Assembly (NCBI GenBank): GCA_965216875.1
Contig: OZ244207.1
Location: 32,001 to 96,000 of the forward strand
Source: Rubripirellula sp.
GTDB taxonomy: Bacteria > Planctomycetota > Planctomycetia > Pirellulales > Pirellulaceae
Length of the DNA: 64,000 bases
Direction of reading: 5' to 3'
Part shown: piece after piece, positions 27,393-37,669 of the stretch
Layout: each line of letters opens with the position of its first letter
Position numbering within the stretch: position 1 is the stretch's first letter
Program-made: the position numbers and the translations under genes
The notes under the pieces: generated by a model
Database searches by the model: none
The model's input: the letters and a program-made list of their open reading frames with translations, nothing else
What the model was told of the DNA's origin: nothing

Positions 27393-28829
27393 CTACGAAC
27401 GACTCGGGGTGCGAATCACCAAGTTACGTATCTCGGTCATGTCTTCGATCGCGAAGCGGATCCCTTCTCGTCCCAGCCCGCTGTCTTTCACGCCGCCATA
27501 GGGCATGTGGTCAACACGCCACGACGGTACGTCACCGATCACGACCCCGCCGACATCAAGCTCATCCCAAGCCTTTTGCATCTTGTACAGATCACGTGTG
27601 AAGATGCCTGCTTGCAACCCAAACTGACTGTCGTTCACTTCGGCGATGGCGGCGTCAAAATCGGTGAACTTGCTGAGCACCGCGACCGGGCCAAAGGCTT
27701 CCTGAGTGCAAACGTCTTGGTCCGACGGAACCTCTTCAAGCAACGTGGCATCCAGCATGGCGCCCTCTCGTGATCCGCCGCAGAGTAGTTTGCCACCTGC
27801 GGCGATCGCTGACTCGATCCAGCCATGCAGCCGCGACGCTTCGGATTCCGAAATCATTGGGCCAATGAATGTCGATTCTTCTTTCGGGTCTCCCGCAATC
27901 AGTTGCTTCGTCGCGTCGACCAATTTGTCGCGAAGTGAATCGTAGATGTCTTGATGAGCGATGATGCGTTGCACACCGATGCAACTTTGTCCTGATTGGT
28001 AAAACGCGCCAACAACCAAACGCCCAACGGCGTCATCTAAGTCTGCATCGTGATCAACGATGCATGCAGCGTTACCACCAAGTTCAAGCACCACCGGTTT
28101 TTTGCCCGCTTTCGCTTTCAGTTTCCAGCCAACACCCGGCGAGCCTGTGAAGCTAAGCAATTTGAGTCGGTCGTCGGTCGTAAATAGGTCAGCGCCGTCA
28201 CGGCTGCATGGCAGAATCGAAAAGGCACCCTCAGGCAAATCGGTTTCGGCCAGGATCTCGCCGATCACGATTGCGCCGATCGGCGTACGGCTCGCTGGCT
28301 TGAGAACAAACGGACAACCGACAGCTAGGGCTGGAGCAATCTTGTGCGCCGCCAGATTGAGCGGGAAGTTGAAAGGTGAAATGAACGAGCATGGTCCGAT
28401 CGGCACGCGCTGGAACATTCCCCGATAGCCGCGGGCACGCGGTGAAATCTCGAGGTTCATCACCTCGCCCGAGATGCGGACCGATTCTTCGGCGGCGATC
28501 CGAAAGGTGTCGATTAACCGGGTGACTTCGCCGCGAGCATCTTTGATCGGCTTGCCCGCTTCGATGCAAAGTGACATTGCCAGCTCGTCGTAACGCTCGG
28601 CAAAACGATCCACACAATGATTGAGGATGGCTTGCCGCTGATAGGCCGGCATTCGTCGCATCGGTTCGGCCGCCGCTGCCGCCGCGCCGATCCCCGCGTC
28701 GATCGCGCCCGCGTCCGCAATGGCGACACGTGTCGCGACCTCGCCGGTGAACTTGTCGGTCACTTCCAGGTCTTCGTTTGCCGCGACCGGTTTGTTGGCA
28801 AGGTAATAGGGATAGCTCGATTTCAACAT
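27393..28829 (-). CDS. Aldehyde dehydrogenase family protein
   Basis: PFNFP, FTGS, LELGGNA, SGQSC, EAFGP. Confidence 0.95.
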   Translation of the reverse strand: MLKSSYPYYLANKPVAANEDLEVTDKFTGEVATRVAIADAGAIDAGIGAAAAAAEPMRRMPAYQRQAILNHCVDRFAERYDELAMSLCIEAGKPIKDARGEVTRLIDTFRIAAEESVRISGEVMNLEISPRARGYRGMFQRVPIGPCSFISPFNFPLNLAAHKIAPALAVGCPFVLKPASRTPIGAIVIGEILAETDLPEGAFSILPCSRDGADLFTTDDRLKLLSFTGSPGVGWKLKAKAGKKPVVLELGGNAACIVDHDADLDDAVGRLVVGAFYQSGQSCIGVQRIIAHQDIYDSLRDKLVDATKQLIAGDPKEESTFIGPMISESEASRLHGWIESAIAAGGKLLCGGSREGAMLDATLLEEVPSDQDVCTQEAFGPVAVLSKFTDFDAAIAEVNDSQFGLQAGIFTRDLYKMQKAWDELDVGGVVIGDVPSWRVDHMPYGGVKDSGLGREGIRFAIEDMTEIRNLVIRTPSRS

Positions 28830-28841
28830 GGCACGTACCCC

Positions 28842-30482
28842 TTAGACCTTTGCGCTCAACTGTTTGATGTCGTTGTTCAGGATTTGATCATTCTCGGAAT
28901 AGTCAACCGGCACCTCGATCAAGTGCACGCCTTCTTCGTTGTGGCACTTTTCCATCAGCTCGAGCAATTGGCTGGACTTTTCAACGCGATAACCCTTCGC
29001 TCCGTAACTCTCGGCGTACTTCACAAAGTCGGGGTTGCCATAGTCGAGTCCGTAGCTGGCAAGTTCCATGTTCGACTGTTTCCATTTGATCATTCCGTAG
29101 GCGTCGTCTCGCAAGATCAAGATCACCAACTGCATCTTCATTCGGACCGCAGTCTCGAGTTCTTGCGAATTCATCATGAAGCCGCCGTCCCCACAGATCG
29201 CCATCACCTTGCGGCGCGGGTACACCAGCCGAGCGGCCATTGCCGATGGCAATCCTGCGCCCATCGTTGCCAGCGCGTTGTCGAGCAGAACACTGTTGGG
29301 CGTTTGCGCACGATAGTTGCGAGCGAACCAAATCTTGTAGACGCCGTTGTCGAGCGCGATGATGCCGTCGTCGGGCATGACCTTGCGACAATCGGCCACC
29401 AGCCGTTGCGGGTAGATCGGAAACCGCGGGTCGTCGGCGCCGTCGGTGATGTGCGCATCCATCGCTTCCTTGACCTTCATGAAGCGATCAAAATTCCAAT
29501 GATCCTGTGGTTCAATCCCTTCGCTGATTCGCCAAACCGCGTTGGCGATGTCACCGACAACTTCAACTTGTGGGAAATAGACGGGGTCGACTTTCGCCGA
29601 CGAGAAATTCAAATGAATCACCTTCACCCCACCTTCGGACATAAAGAAGGGAGGCTTCTCGACGACGTCGTGTCCGATGTTGATGATCAGATCCGCCGCT
29701 TCGACGGCGCGATGCACGAAGTCGCCCGCTGAAAGGGCGGTGTTGCCCAAGAAGAGCGGGTCCGTTTCGTCGATCACCCCTTTGCCCATCTGGGTCGTCA
29801 CGAACGGGATTTTCGTCTTGTTGATGAAACCGCGCAGCGTTCGCCGTGTGAGCTTTCGGTTTGCCCCGGCGCCGACCAGGATCAATGGATGATCTGCATT
29901 CTGGATCATCTTGATCGCAGCAACGATGGCCTTCTCTTCGGCGGTCGGTCGGCGAACGTAACTCGCTGGAATCAATGACTCGCTGACATCTTCGCGGGCG
30001 ATGTCTTCGGGAAGCTCGAGGTGAACCGCCCCCGGCTTTTCTTCGTGAGCGATCCGAAACGATTCACGCACTCGGCTCGGAATGTTTGCGGCACTGACGA
30101 GTTGCCGCGTGTATTTCGTCAACGGTCGCATCATGTCGACGATGTCAACAATTTGAAATTGTCCCTGCTTACTTTTTCGCACCGGCTTTTGACCGGTGAT
30201 CATCAGTATCGGCATGCCTCCAAGTTGGGCGTACGCTGCGGCGGTCACAAAGTTGGTGGCACCGGGGCCAAGCGTTGAAAGGCAAACACCAACTTTTCCA
30301 GTCAAGCGACCATAGGTTGCCGCCATGAATCCAGCGGCCTGTTCGTGTCGCGTGAGCACCAATTCGATGCTGCTGCGCGAGAGCGAATCAAGAAAGTCGA
30401 GGTTCTCTTCGCCCGGGATGCCAAAGATATATTCGACGCCTTCGGCTTCGAGTGCACGCATGAACAATTCAGAAGCTTTCAT
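28842..30482 (-). CDS. Acetolactate synthase large-subunit-like ThDP enzyme
   Basis: MKASELF start; FGIPGEEN, RHEQAAGFMA, GPGATN, GDGGFMMN. Confidence 0.92.
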   Translation of the reverse strand: MKASELFMRALEAEGVEYIFGIPGEENLDFLDSLSRSSIELVLTRHEQAAGFMAATYGRLTGKVGVCLSTLGPGATNFVTAAAYAQLGGMPILMITGQKPVRKSKQGQFQIVDIVDMMRPLTKYTRQLVSAANIPSRVRESFRIAHEEKPGAVHLELPEDIAREDVSESLIPASYVRRPTAEEKAIVAAIKMIQNADHPLILVGAGANRKLTRRTLRGFINKTKIPFVTTQMGKGVIDETDPLFLGNTALSAGDFVHRAVEAADLIINIGHDVVEKPPFFMSEGGVKVIHLNFSSAKVDPVYFPQVEVVGDIANAVWRISEGIEPQDHWNFDRFMKVKEAMDAHITDGADDPRFPIYPQRLVADCRKVMPDDGIIALDNGVYKIWFARNYRAQTPNSVLLDNALATMGAGLPSAMAARLVYPRRKVMAICGDGGFMMNSQELETAVRMKMQLVILILRDDAYGMIKWKQSNMELASYGLDYGNPDFVKYAESYGAKGYRVEKSSQLLELMEKCHNEEGVHLIEVPVDYSENDQILNNDIKQLSAKV

Positions 30483-30700
30483 GACACATCCACGATGAGA
30501 GCGATCGGTGCAAAGATGCCATTGTGGCGTTTCCAACCGGCCGCGTGTCTCGTCGAGGGCGAAAAGAAATGACGATTCAGACATTTCTCCATTTGCGGTA
30601 ACCCGCTCCAATCCTCGCGGTCTTTTGCGATCGATGTTGGCGCTGGCTTCCAGGCGGCTCTAAGCTATGCGGTGCAATCCTTACAACTGGCGGGCGGCTC

Positions 30701-31885
30701 ATGTCGGATTTCTTTCAGCGCAGCTTGATCATCCACGAGCAATTGCGAGGCAAGCTGGGGGTACAGTCGCGGATGCCCGTGCTCACTCGAGACGACTTGT
30801 CGATCGCCTACACGCCCGGCGTCGCGCGACCCTGCGAGGTGATCTCGGAAGACGTTAGCCGCACGCGTGACTTGACGATCAAACGCAATTCGGTCGCTGT
30901 GGTGAGTGACGGTTCGGCCGTTTTGGGACTTGGCAACATCGGTCCCAACGCTGCGATCCCGGTGATGGAAGGAAAGGCGATCCTGTTCAAAGAGTTTGCC
31001 GGTATCGATGCCTGGCCCCTTTGTGTTGATACACAAGATCCCGTTGAAATCATCGAAACGGTGCGTCGGATCGCACCCGTCTTTGGCGGAGTGAACCTCG
31101 AAGACATTTCGGCGCCACGATGTTTTGAAGTGGAGCAGAGCCTCCAGGATTTGGGGATTCCCGTTTTTCATGACGATCAACACGGGACGGCGATCGTCCT
31201 GCTTGCCGGTTTGATCAATGCCGCAGCGGTTGTCGGCAAAGCGCTGACGGACTTGCGAATCGTCATCAATGGCGCGGGTGCAGCAGGAACAGCGATCGCG
31301 CGACTGTTGCGCTGTGTCGGACACGATCCCAACGTCTGCGTTCCCGTCAGCGATGTGGTCGTTTGCGATTCCCAAGGAGCGATCCACAGGGGGCGCGAGG
31401 GACTATCGCCATACAAGAAAGAACTGCTCGGCTACACCAATCGAAGCAGCCGAACAGGATCGTTGAAAGAAGTCCTTGGCGATGCCGACGTCTTCATCGG
31501 CGTTAGCAAAGGGAACTTACTTGAATCCGGGGACATCTCCTCGATGGCCGACGACGCAATCGTGTTGGCGATGGCCAACCCGGTGCCCGAGATCATGCCC
31601 GAAGACGCCCTCGCCGGCGGTGCCGCTGTCGTCGGAACCGGACGCAGCGACTTTCCAAATCAAGTCAACAATGTCCTGGTTTTTCCTGGGATCTTTCGAG
31701 GTGCACTCGACTGTGGCGCCGCGCAGATAACCGAAGAGATGAAAGTGGCCGCCGCTCGCGCTCTGGCCGCTTGCGTCGACAAACCCACTGCCGATCGAAT
31801 CCTACCTGATCCACTCGATCGCACCGTCGCGCCGCGTGTGGCCGAAGCGGTGGCTCAAGCGGCAAGTGAGGACACGAATGACTAG
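30701..31885 (+). CDS. NAD(P)-dependent malic enzyme
   Basis: AYTPGV, SDGSAVLGLGNIG, MEGKA, NLEDI, FHDDQHGT, GAGAAG, NQVNN. Confidence 0.95.
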   Translation: MSDFFQRSLIIHEQLRGKLGVQSRMPVLTRDDLSIAYTPGVARPCEVISEDVSRTRDLTIKRNSVAVVSDGSAVLGLGNIGPNAAIPVMEGKAILFKEFAGIDAWPLCVDTQDPVEIIETVRRIAPVFGGVNLEDISAPRCFEVEQSLQDLGIPVFHDDQHGTAIVLLAGLINAAAVVGKALTDLRIVINGAGAAGTAIARLLRCVGHDPNVCVPVSDVVVCDSQGAIHRGREGLSPYKKELLGYTNRSSRTGSLKEVLGDADVFIGVSKGNLLESGDISSMADDAIVLAMANPVPEIMPEDALAGGAAVVGTGRSDFPNQVNNVLVFPGIFRGALDCGAAQITEEMKVAAARALAACVDKPTADRILPDPLDRTVAPRVAEAVAQAASEDTND

Positions 31886-31930
31886 CGAGTCCAGCACCGA
31901 ACGAACCAACCAAAGCACAGGGAGAACGGA

Positions 31931-33295
31931 ATGAACGCGACAAGTGATGCGACAACTCGAGCCGAAGTCGAAGCCTTCATGCACGGGTTGGTCAAACGGA
32001 ACCCGGGTGAAGATGAATTCCATCAAGCCGTTCGCGAAGTGACCGATTCGCTGATGCCGTTCATCATGGAACGCCCCGAATACAAGCAGGCTCAAATCTT
32101 GGAACGATTGACCGAGCCAGATCGGATCGTGATCTTTCGCGTGACGTGGGAAGACGACAGCGGACAGATTCGTGCCAACCGTGCATGGCGTGTTCAGTTC
32201 AATAACTCGATCGGCCCCTACAAAGGCGGCATGCGGTTTCATCCTACGGTGACTCAAAGTGTGTTGAAGTTTCTGGGATTCGAACAGATCTTCAAGAACA
32301 GTCTGACCGGATTGCCGATGGGCGGCGCCAAAGGCGGCTCGAACTTCAATCCGAAAGGGAAAAGCGACCTCGAAGTGATGCGCTTTTGCCAGTCGCTGAT
32401 GATCGAGCTTCATCGACACATCGGCGAAGACACCGACGTTCCTGCGGGGGACATTGGCGTAGGAGCCCGCGAAATCAGTTTTTTGTTCGGGCAATACAAA
32501 CGGCTCGCTAACCGATTCGTCGGAACGTTGACCGGCAAAGGCTTGTCGTTTGGCGGAAGCTTGGTGCGCACCGAAGCGACCGGCTACGGTACGGTCTACT
32601 TTTGCGAAAACATGTTCAATCGGATCGGCGACAGTTTCAAAGGCAAGAAGGTCGCCGTATCTGGAAGTGGGAACGTCGCGATCTACGCCACCGAAAAAGC
32701 GACGGAGATGGGTGCGAAGGTTTTGACCCTGAGCGACTCGGGCGGATTCATTCATGACCCCGACGGAATCGACGCCGAGAAGCTTGCGTTCGTGAAAGAG
32801 CTCAAGGAAGTGCGTCGCGGTCGAATCTCGGAATACGTTGACAAGTATCCGGGGGCAACGTTCCATGCGGGCGAGCGGCCATGGGGCGTGTCGGTCGACG
32901 TGGCGCTGCCCTGCGCGACACAAAACGAATTGAACCTCGCCGATGCCAAAGCTTTGATTGCAGGTGGGGTGAAGGCGGTTTCGGAAGGCGCCAACATGCC
33001 GACGGAATTGGATGCAGCCTACGCATTCCGAGAAGCGGGGACGCTGTTTGGCCCCGCCAAGGCGGCCAACGCAGGCGGCGTCGCGGTCTCAGGACTCGAG
33101 CAAAGCCAGAACGCGTTGCGGCTTTCTTGGAGTCATGAAGAGGTCGATGCCAAGTTGCAGGGGATCATGGAGTCGATTCACAAAAAGTGTGTCGAGTACG
33201 GGACTCAGGGTGAAAAAGTCGACTACATCGACGGCGCGAATCTGGCCGGGTTTGCCAAGATTGCCGAAGCGATGCTCGCTTATGGCGCGGTTTGA
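31931..33295 (+). CDS. gdhA: NADP-specific glutamate dehydrogenase
   Basis: GPYKGGMRFHP, GGAKGG, DVPAGDIG, SGSGNVA, EGANMP. Confidence 0.96.
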   Translation: MNATSDATTRAEVEAFMHGLVKRNPGEDEFHQAVREVTDSLMPFIMERPEYKQAQILERLTEPDRIVIFRVTWEDDSGQIRANRAWRVQFNNSIGPYKGGMRFHPTVTQSVLKFLGFEQIFKNSLTGLPMGGAKGGSNFNPKGKSDLEVMRFCQSLMIELHRHIGEDTDVPAGDIGVGAREISFLFGQYKRLANRFVGTLTGKGLSFGGSLVRTEATGYGTVYFCENMFNRIGDSFKGKKVAVSGSGNVAIYATEKATEMGAKVLTLSDSGGFIHDPDGIDAEKLAFVKELKEVRRGRISEYVDKYPGATFHAGERPWGVSVDVALPCATQNELNLADAKALIAGGVKAVSEGANMPTELDAAYAFREAGTLFGPAKAANAGGVAVSGLEQSQNALRLSWSHEEVDAKLQGIMESIHKKCVEYGTQGEKVDYIDGANLAGFAKIAEAMLAYGAV

Positions 33296-33467
33296 CGATT
33301 TATCGACCCCGCCGCGCTGGCGAAAAGTGCACAATGGTCGCTTTGCTTGATCGGTAACTCGCCAGCGCGGTGACGCGTTTCGCAGCGCCCCGAACTGCTT
33401 TGCACTGAGCCTCTGTCCGCTAGTCCACCATTTCCATCGGCTCCCCCATCAACGAGGAATCCACACC

Positions 33468-33860
33468 ATGTCCGACGCCACGCCACGCCAGATACTCGAT
33501 ACGATCGCCTCGGATGGCCGCGTGGATGCTGCCGAAGTCGCACAGCTTCAGCAAAGCTTTGAGTCCGATTGGGTGATCGATCGCGCCGAGGCCGAGTTGC
33601 TATTCGAAATCAACCGCCGTGTTGGCAGCGAAGACAATGCCAAAGAGTGGTCGCAGTTTTTTGTCAACGCGATCACCAAGTTTGTCGTGTTCGACATGGA
33701 GACTCCGGGCGAAGTGGACAACGCCGAAGGCAACTGGCTGGCCGCCATGTTGTCGGACCCCCAAACCGAAACCGAAAACGCGTTGCTGCAAGAGATCAAG
33801 GCCAAGTCGACTTCGATTGGCGGTGGTCTGGCCGACAAACTCTTTGGTTTTGAATCTTAG
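33468..33860 (+). CDS. Small acidic TerB/EF-hand-like protein
   Basis: DGRVDAAE, VIDRAEAELLF, GEVDNAE repeats; GAGGA RBS. Confidence 0.65.
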   Translation: MSDATPRQILDTIASDGRVDAAEVAQLQQSFESDWVIDRAEAELLFEINRRVGSEDNAKEWSQFFVNAITKFVVFDMETPGEVDNAEGNWLAAMLSDPQTETENALLQEIKAKSTSIGGGLADKLFGFES

Positions 33861-33987
33861 GGTTGCTCTCGAGACGGCCCCTCAACATGGCCCAGTGATC
33901 CTCGCTAGAATCTTGGCCACCCTGCCGCGCGGGAAAACCTCGCCGCGCACCACCACTCTCCATTCTTCTTGACGGGAAAACCACAAC

Positions 33988-34830
33988 ATGGATCGCTGGC
34001 CAATCGGAGTCTTTGCATCGGTCGACGCTGGATTGGGCGTTGCTTGGGATGTGATCAAGGAACTTGGCGTCCCCACGATTCAATTGCACGCACCGAGCCC
34101 CGAGAAACGTAACGCAGACTCGGCCGACGCACTCAAAGCACAACTCGAACAGATGGGCGTTCGCTGCACCGCCGTCTTTGGTGGGTTCGATGGCGAAAGC
34201 TATGCCGATATTCCAACGGTCGTGAAAACGGTCGGCTTGGTGCCCGCCGATTCGCGGCAAAGTCGGCTTGGCGAGATGTTCGAAATCGCTGACTTTGCCC
34301 ACCGGCTTGGATGTGACACGGTCGCGTTGCATCTTGGCTTCATCCCACACGACCGAGCAGCCGAAGGCTACGACGACATCGTCGCGGTGACCCAGCAACT
34401 GTGCGATCACTGCAAGTCCAATGGGCAATACCTGCATTTGGAAACGGGGCAAGAAACGGCCGACGGGCTACTCGATTTCATCGCTGCCGTCGGGCGTGAC
34501 AATTTGAAGATCAACTTCGACCCAGCCAACATGATCCTTTACGGCACCGGCCAACCGATCGAAGCGCTCAAAGCAGTTGGCCAACACGTGCGCAGCATTC
34601 ACTGCAAGGATGGAACGTGGAGTGACAAGCCAGGCGAAACGTGGGGCGCCGAAGTGCCCTTGGGCCAAGGAGACGTCGACATGAAGGCCTACCTCGTCGC
34701 CCTCAAAGAGATCGGCTACGACGGGCCACTCACGATCGAACGCGAGATCCCTCAGGACCCTGAGCGGCAAAAGGCAGAGATCGGCCAGGCCATCGAGCTA
34801 CTCACCTCGTTGCGAGCAGAGATTCTGTGA
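33988..34830 (+). CDS. Sugar phosphate isomerase/epimerase (xylose isomerase-like TIM barrel)
   Basis: LETGQE, NFDPAN, HCKD, LTIERE metal motifs. Confidence 0.9.
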   Translation: MDRWPIGVFASVDAGLGVAWDVIKELGVPTIQLHAPSPEKRNADSADALKAQLEQMGVRCTAVFGGFDGESYADIPTVVKTVGLVPADSRQSRLGEMFEIADFAHRLGCDTVALHLGFIPHDRAAEGYDDIVAVTQQLCDHCKSNGQYLHLETGQETADGLLDFIAAVGRDNLKINFDPANMILYGTGQPIEALKAVGQHVRSIHCKDGTWSDKPGETWGAEVPLGQGDVDMKAYLVALKEIGYDGPLTIEREIPQDPERQKAEIGQAIELLTSLRAEIL

Positions 34831-34880
34831 CATTGGTTTCACGGTAGGTCTAGCTCAAAGTGTCATGCATCCGGCTGGCA

Positions 34881-35083
34881 CTCTCCCTTGGGAGAGTCGG
34901 GCTCTCAGGCCCGGTGAGGGGCACGTCGAACGGCCCTCCCCGGGCTTTAGCGCCCGACCCTCCCACAAGTGGGAGGGTAGTTTCTGTTGAAACAGTGCGT
35001 GACATTTAGAGCTAGATTAAGCACTACAAAGAGAAAACGCGGAGCGTTCGATGGGTGCGTTCCCACGCCGGGCGTGGGAACGA
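34881..35083. repeat. REP-like palindromes between convergent genes
   Basis: CTCTCCC..GGGAGAG and CCCTCCC...GGGAGGG pair at 34881-34977; CGTTCCCACGCC GGGCGTGGGAACG hairpin near 35058. Confidence 0.6.
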
Positions 35084-35110
35084 GTTTTGCCCGGTTCGTC
35101 GCGCCCCAAG

Positions 35111-35599
35111 CTAACCAACCAACTCTTCGAGACCCTGGTGATCCGCTGGCCGCGGCCCTTGCGGCCAATGGAACTTGCGATCGGTTTCTGCAATCGCAAA
35201 GTCGTTGATGCTTGCTTCGCGGCGGCGCATCAACCCCGACTCGTCGAACTCCCAGTTCTCATTCCCATAGGCTCGGAACCAGTTGCCCGAATCGTCTCGC
35301 CATTCGTATTGAAAACGAACGGCGATACGATTGCCGTGATAGGCCCACAGTTGTTTCACCAAGCGGTAGTCGTGTTCCTTCTGCCACTTGCGAGTCAAGA
35401 ACTCAACAATCTGCTCTCGCCCGGTTAGGAATTCGCCTCGATTGCGCCATTGGCTATCGGGGCTGTAGGCAAGCGACACTTTTTGAGCGTCGCGAGTGTT
35501 CCAAGCGTCCTCTGCCGCCCGCACTTTTGCAATCGCACTTTCACGATCAAAAGGCGGGCGGATATCCGTCGGTTGCGGCGGTCTTACTTCAGTCACCAC
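35111..35599 (-). CDS. DUF1348 / SnoaL-like NTF2 family protein
   Basis: RPPF...[37 protein letters not shown] before GTG. Confidence 0.9.
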   Translation of the reverse strand: MVTEVRPPQPTDIRPPFDRESAIAKVRAAEDAWNTRDAQKVSLAYSPDSQWRNRGEFLTGREQIVEFLTRKWQKEHDYRLVKQLWAYHGNRIAVRFQYEWRDDSGNWFRAYGNENWEFDESGLMRRREASINDFAIAETDRKFHWPQGPRPADHQGLEELVG

Positions 35600-35644
35600 G
35601 CGTTCTCCAAACACTTTCAATGAGGTAGTGAACAGACGACGGCA

Positions 35645-36211
35645 CTACGCCGAGCATCCCGCATCGCAAGCCGAATGCAATGGCTCGGCGACAGGGAAGT
35701 CGATGTTCGTGTCGGCAACTTGATTGAAGTAGTTTGTGAACAGATTCAATGCGGTGTTGGCGACGATCTCGGTGATTTCGGCATCGCCAACGCTGGCAGA
35801 TCGAACGGCCGCAACCTCTTGATCTGAGACCTGTCCGCGTTTTTCGACCACTTGGACAGCGAAGTTTAGAATCGCGTTCACCTTGGCATCCTCCGAACGC
35901 CCTTGGCGAGCTTCCAGAACTTGGTCGTCGCTCAAGCCAACCATCTTGCCGATGGCCGAATGGGCGCTCAGGCAATAGTTGCAGCCGTTGGCTTCGCCGA
36001 CCGCCAACGCGATCAACTCGCGGGTCTTTGTCGATAACGCGCCACCGGCAAGTGATTCGCTAAGCGTCAAGTACGCCTTCAACGTGGCTGGCGAATGCGC
36101 CATCGTCTTCATCATGTTGGGCGTCATCCCTAGTTTCTTTTGGACACCGTCAAGAAGTTCTTGGCTGGGGCGGCTGGCGTTGGCGTGGTCGACGGGGGCG
36201 AGACGTGTCAT
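35645..36211 (-). CDS. AhpD/carboxymuconolactone decarboxylase family peroxidase-related protein
   Basis: RELIALAVGEANGCNYCLSAH motif; GGAG RBS before MTRL. Confidence 0.9.
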   Translation of the reverse strand: MTRLAPVDHANASRPSQELLDGVQKKLGMTPNMMKTMAHSPATLKAYLTLSESLAGGALSTKTRELIALAVGEANGCNYCLSAHSAIGKMVGLSDDQVLEARQGRSEDAKVNAILNFAVQVVEKRGQVSDQEVAAVRSASVGDAEITEIVANTALNLFTNYFNQVADTNIDFPVAEPLHSACDAGCSA

Positions 36212-36427
36212 GGCAAAAAGCTCCAAATGCATGGTTAAGTAACCCAACGGCAGACATTGCCGTTTTGGCATTGGGGGCTTAGGCAGCTTCTGTGCCAAAC
36301 CATCTCAAAAACGAAAGCCACGTCGAACACGCGGTTTTTGAATCGATCCCGCCTCGAGCGGACTGACGAAATCTCGCCAATCGCAAAATCGCGGGACCCA
36401 AGCCACGAAATTTCGGGAGCGTGCCAG

Positions 36428-36829
36428 CGTAGGGTGTGTGCTTGCACGCACCAGGACAACCGCGTCGTGAAGACGGTGCGTGCAAGCACACACCCTACGG
36501 AAGTTGAATCCCTCCGTTCCTGCTCCTGCTCGTGCTCGAATAATCCTCAACCAACGACTGCACTTGCAAGGACGGAATCGAGAACGATAACGAGAACCTC
36601 AATGCTAAGAGCAAGCGGCGTGGAACACCGCGTCTTGAGCTTGGTGCGTGCAAGCACACACCCTACGGAAATTGAACCCCTCCGTTCCTGCTCGTGCTCG
36701 AACAATCCTCAACCAGCGACTGCACTTGAAACGACGGAATCGAGAACGATAACGAGAACCTCAATGCTAAGAACAAGCGGCGTGGAACACCGCGTCTTGA
36801 GGTTGGTGCGTGCAAGCACACACCCTACG
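36428..36829. repeat. BIME-like composite: family A REP pair plus two ~165-bp tandem units
   Basis: GGTGCGTGCAAGCACACACCCTACG at about 36475, 36642 and 36804 with near-identical linkers. Confidence 0.9.
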
Positions 36830-37364
36830 AAGCCTGTTCAATCAGGTCTGCGTGCACTTCCGTCATCGGCAACCAAAAGTCGTTCTTCATTTTGGGATCG
36901 TTGGACCGAACGACGTTTAGGGAGATTTGCAGACGCTTGAGTGCTGTGTCGAATTGGCTCTTGGTGCAATCGAATTCGGCGATTGCCCGCTTGCGCAGTG
37001 GACCGGTGTAATTCGGATCGAGTCGAATCAGCTCGAAGACTTGCTTTGAAAGTGTGTCGAGTTGTTCGGGGCTCTGGTATGCCTTGGGAAAATGCTCTTC
37101 GCGAAAATGCCCCATCTCCATCAAGACCGCGTCGCCTCCCTTCACTTTTCCGTAAAAGACTTTCTCGGGATAGGTTTGCGGGATGCGAGTCTTCCAATCC
37201 CAAACGGCAACCACCTTCGGACTCCATCCTCCCTGTTTGGGTTTCTTTTCAGAAAGCGCGGTGTTGTCCCAAAGCGATGGATAGGGCGAACACTTACTAC
37301 CGAAGACAGTGCAAACTTTTTGTTCGAGCACAAAGCGATAGGCGTCATCAAAGGTCTTGATCAT
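36825..37364 (-). CDS. Hypothetical protein (AlkZ-related/winged-helix-like)
   Basis: 179-aa coding-like ORF; WDWK..IP...VFYGK and FDTALKRLQ motifs. Confidence 0.65.
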   Translation of the reverse strand: MIKTFDDAYRFVLEQKVCTVFGSKCSPYPSLWDNTALSEKKPKQGGWSPKVVAVWDWKTRIPQTYPEKVFYGKVKGGDAVLMEMGHFREEHFPKAYQSPEQLDTLSKQVFELIRLDPNYTGPLRKRAIAEFDCTKSQFDTALKRLQISLNVVRSNDPKMKNDFWLPMTEVHADLIEQAS

Positions 37365-37669
37365 ACGGCGCGTTGGCGGCAGTGGCCGGGAAGGGTGGAG
37401 GTCGTGATCCGAAAGTGGATCTCATCTTTTCACTGCCGACACGTTGATGCAATGACCACGCGAACGGCCAACTTGCGCTTCGCCGATTCAGGTTAAACGT
37501 AAGCATGTGGAACGCATCCACAGGACGACGCGAAAAATGGAAAAAACGGATTCGCTTGGGAAAAAACGGCGTTTTTCGGCGGCGAGCCGAAACAACCGAT
37601 CGTTAAGATTGTTTGAACGCCTATGTAAGAATGATCGGCTATTCCACTTCTCTACGGTTTCAACCTCGA

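Noticed and set aside
30665..32923. Long antisense ORFs (30665-31387, 31802-32923)
   Set aside because: Shadow ORFs opposite malic enzyme and gdhA, typical of GC-rich conserved genes
36428..36829. Possible CRISPR array
   Set aside because: Spacers are ~140 nt and duplicates of each other, the repeats are REP arms, and no cas genes are present
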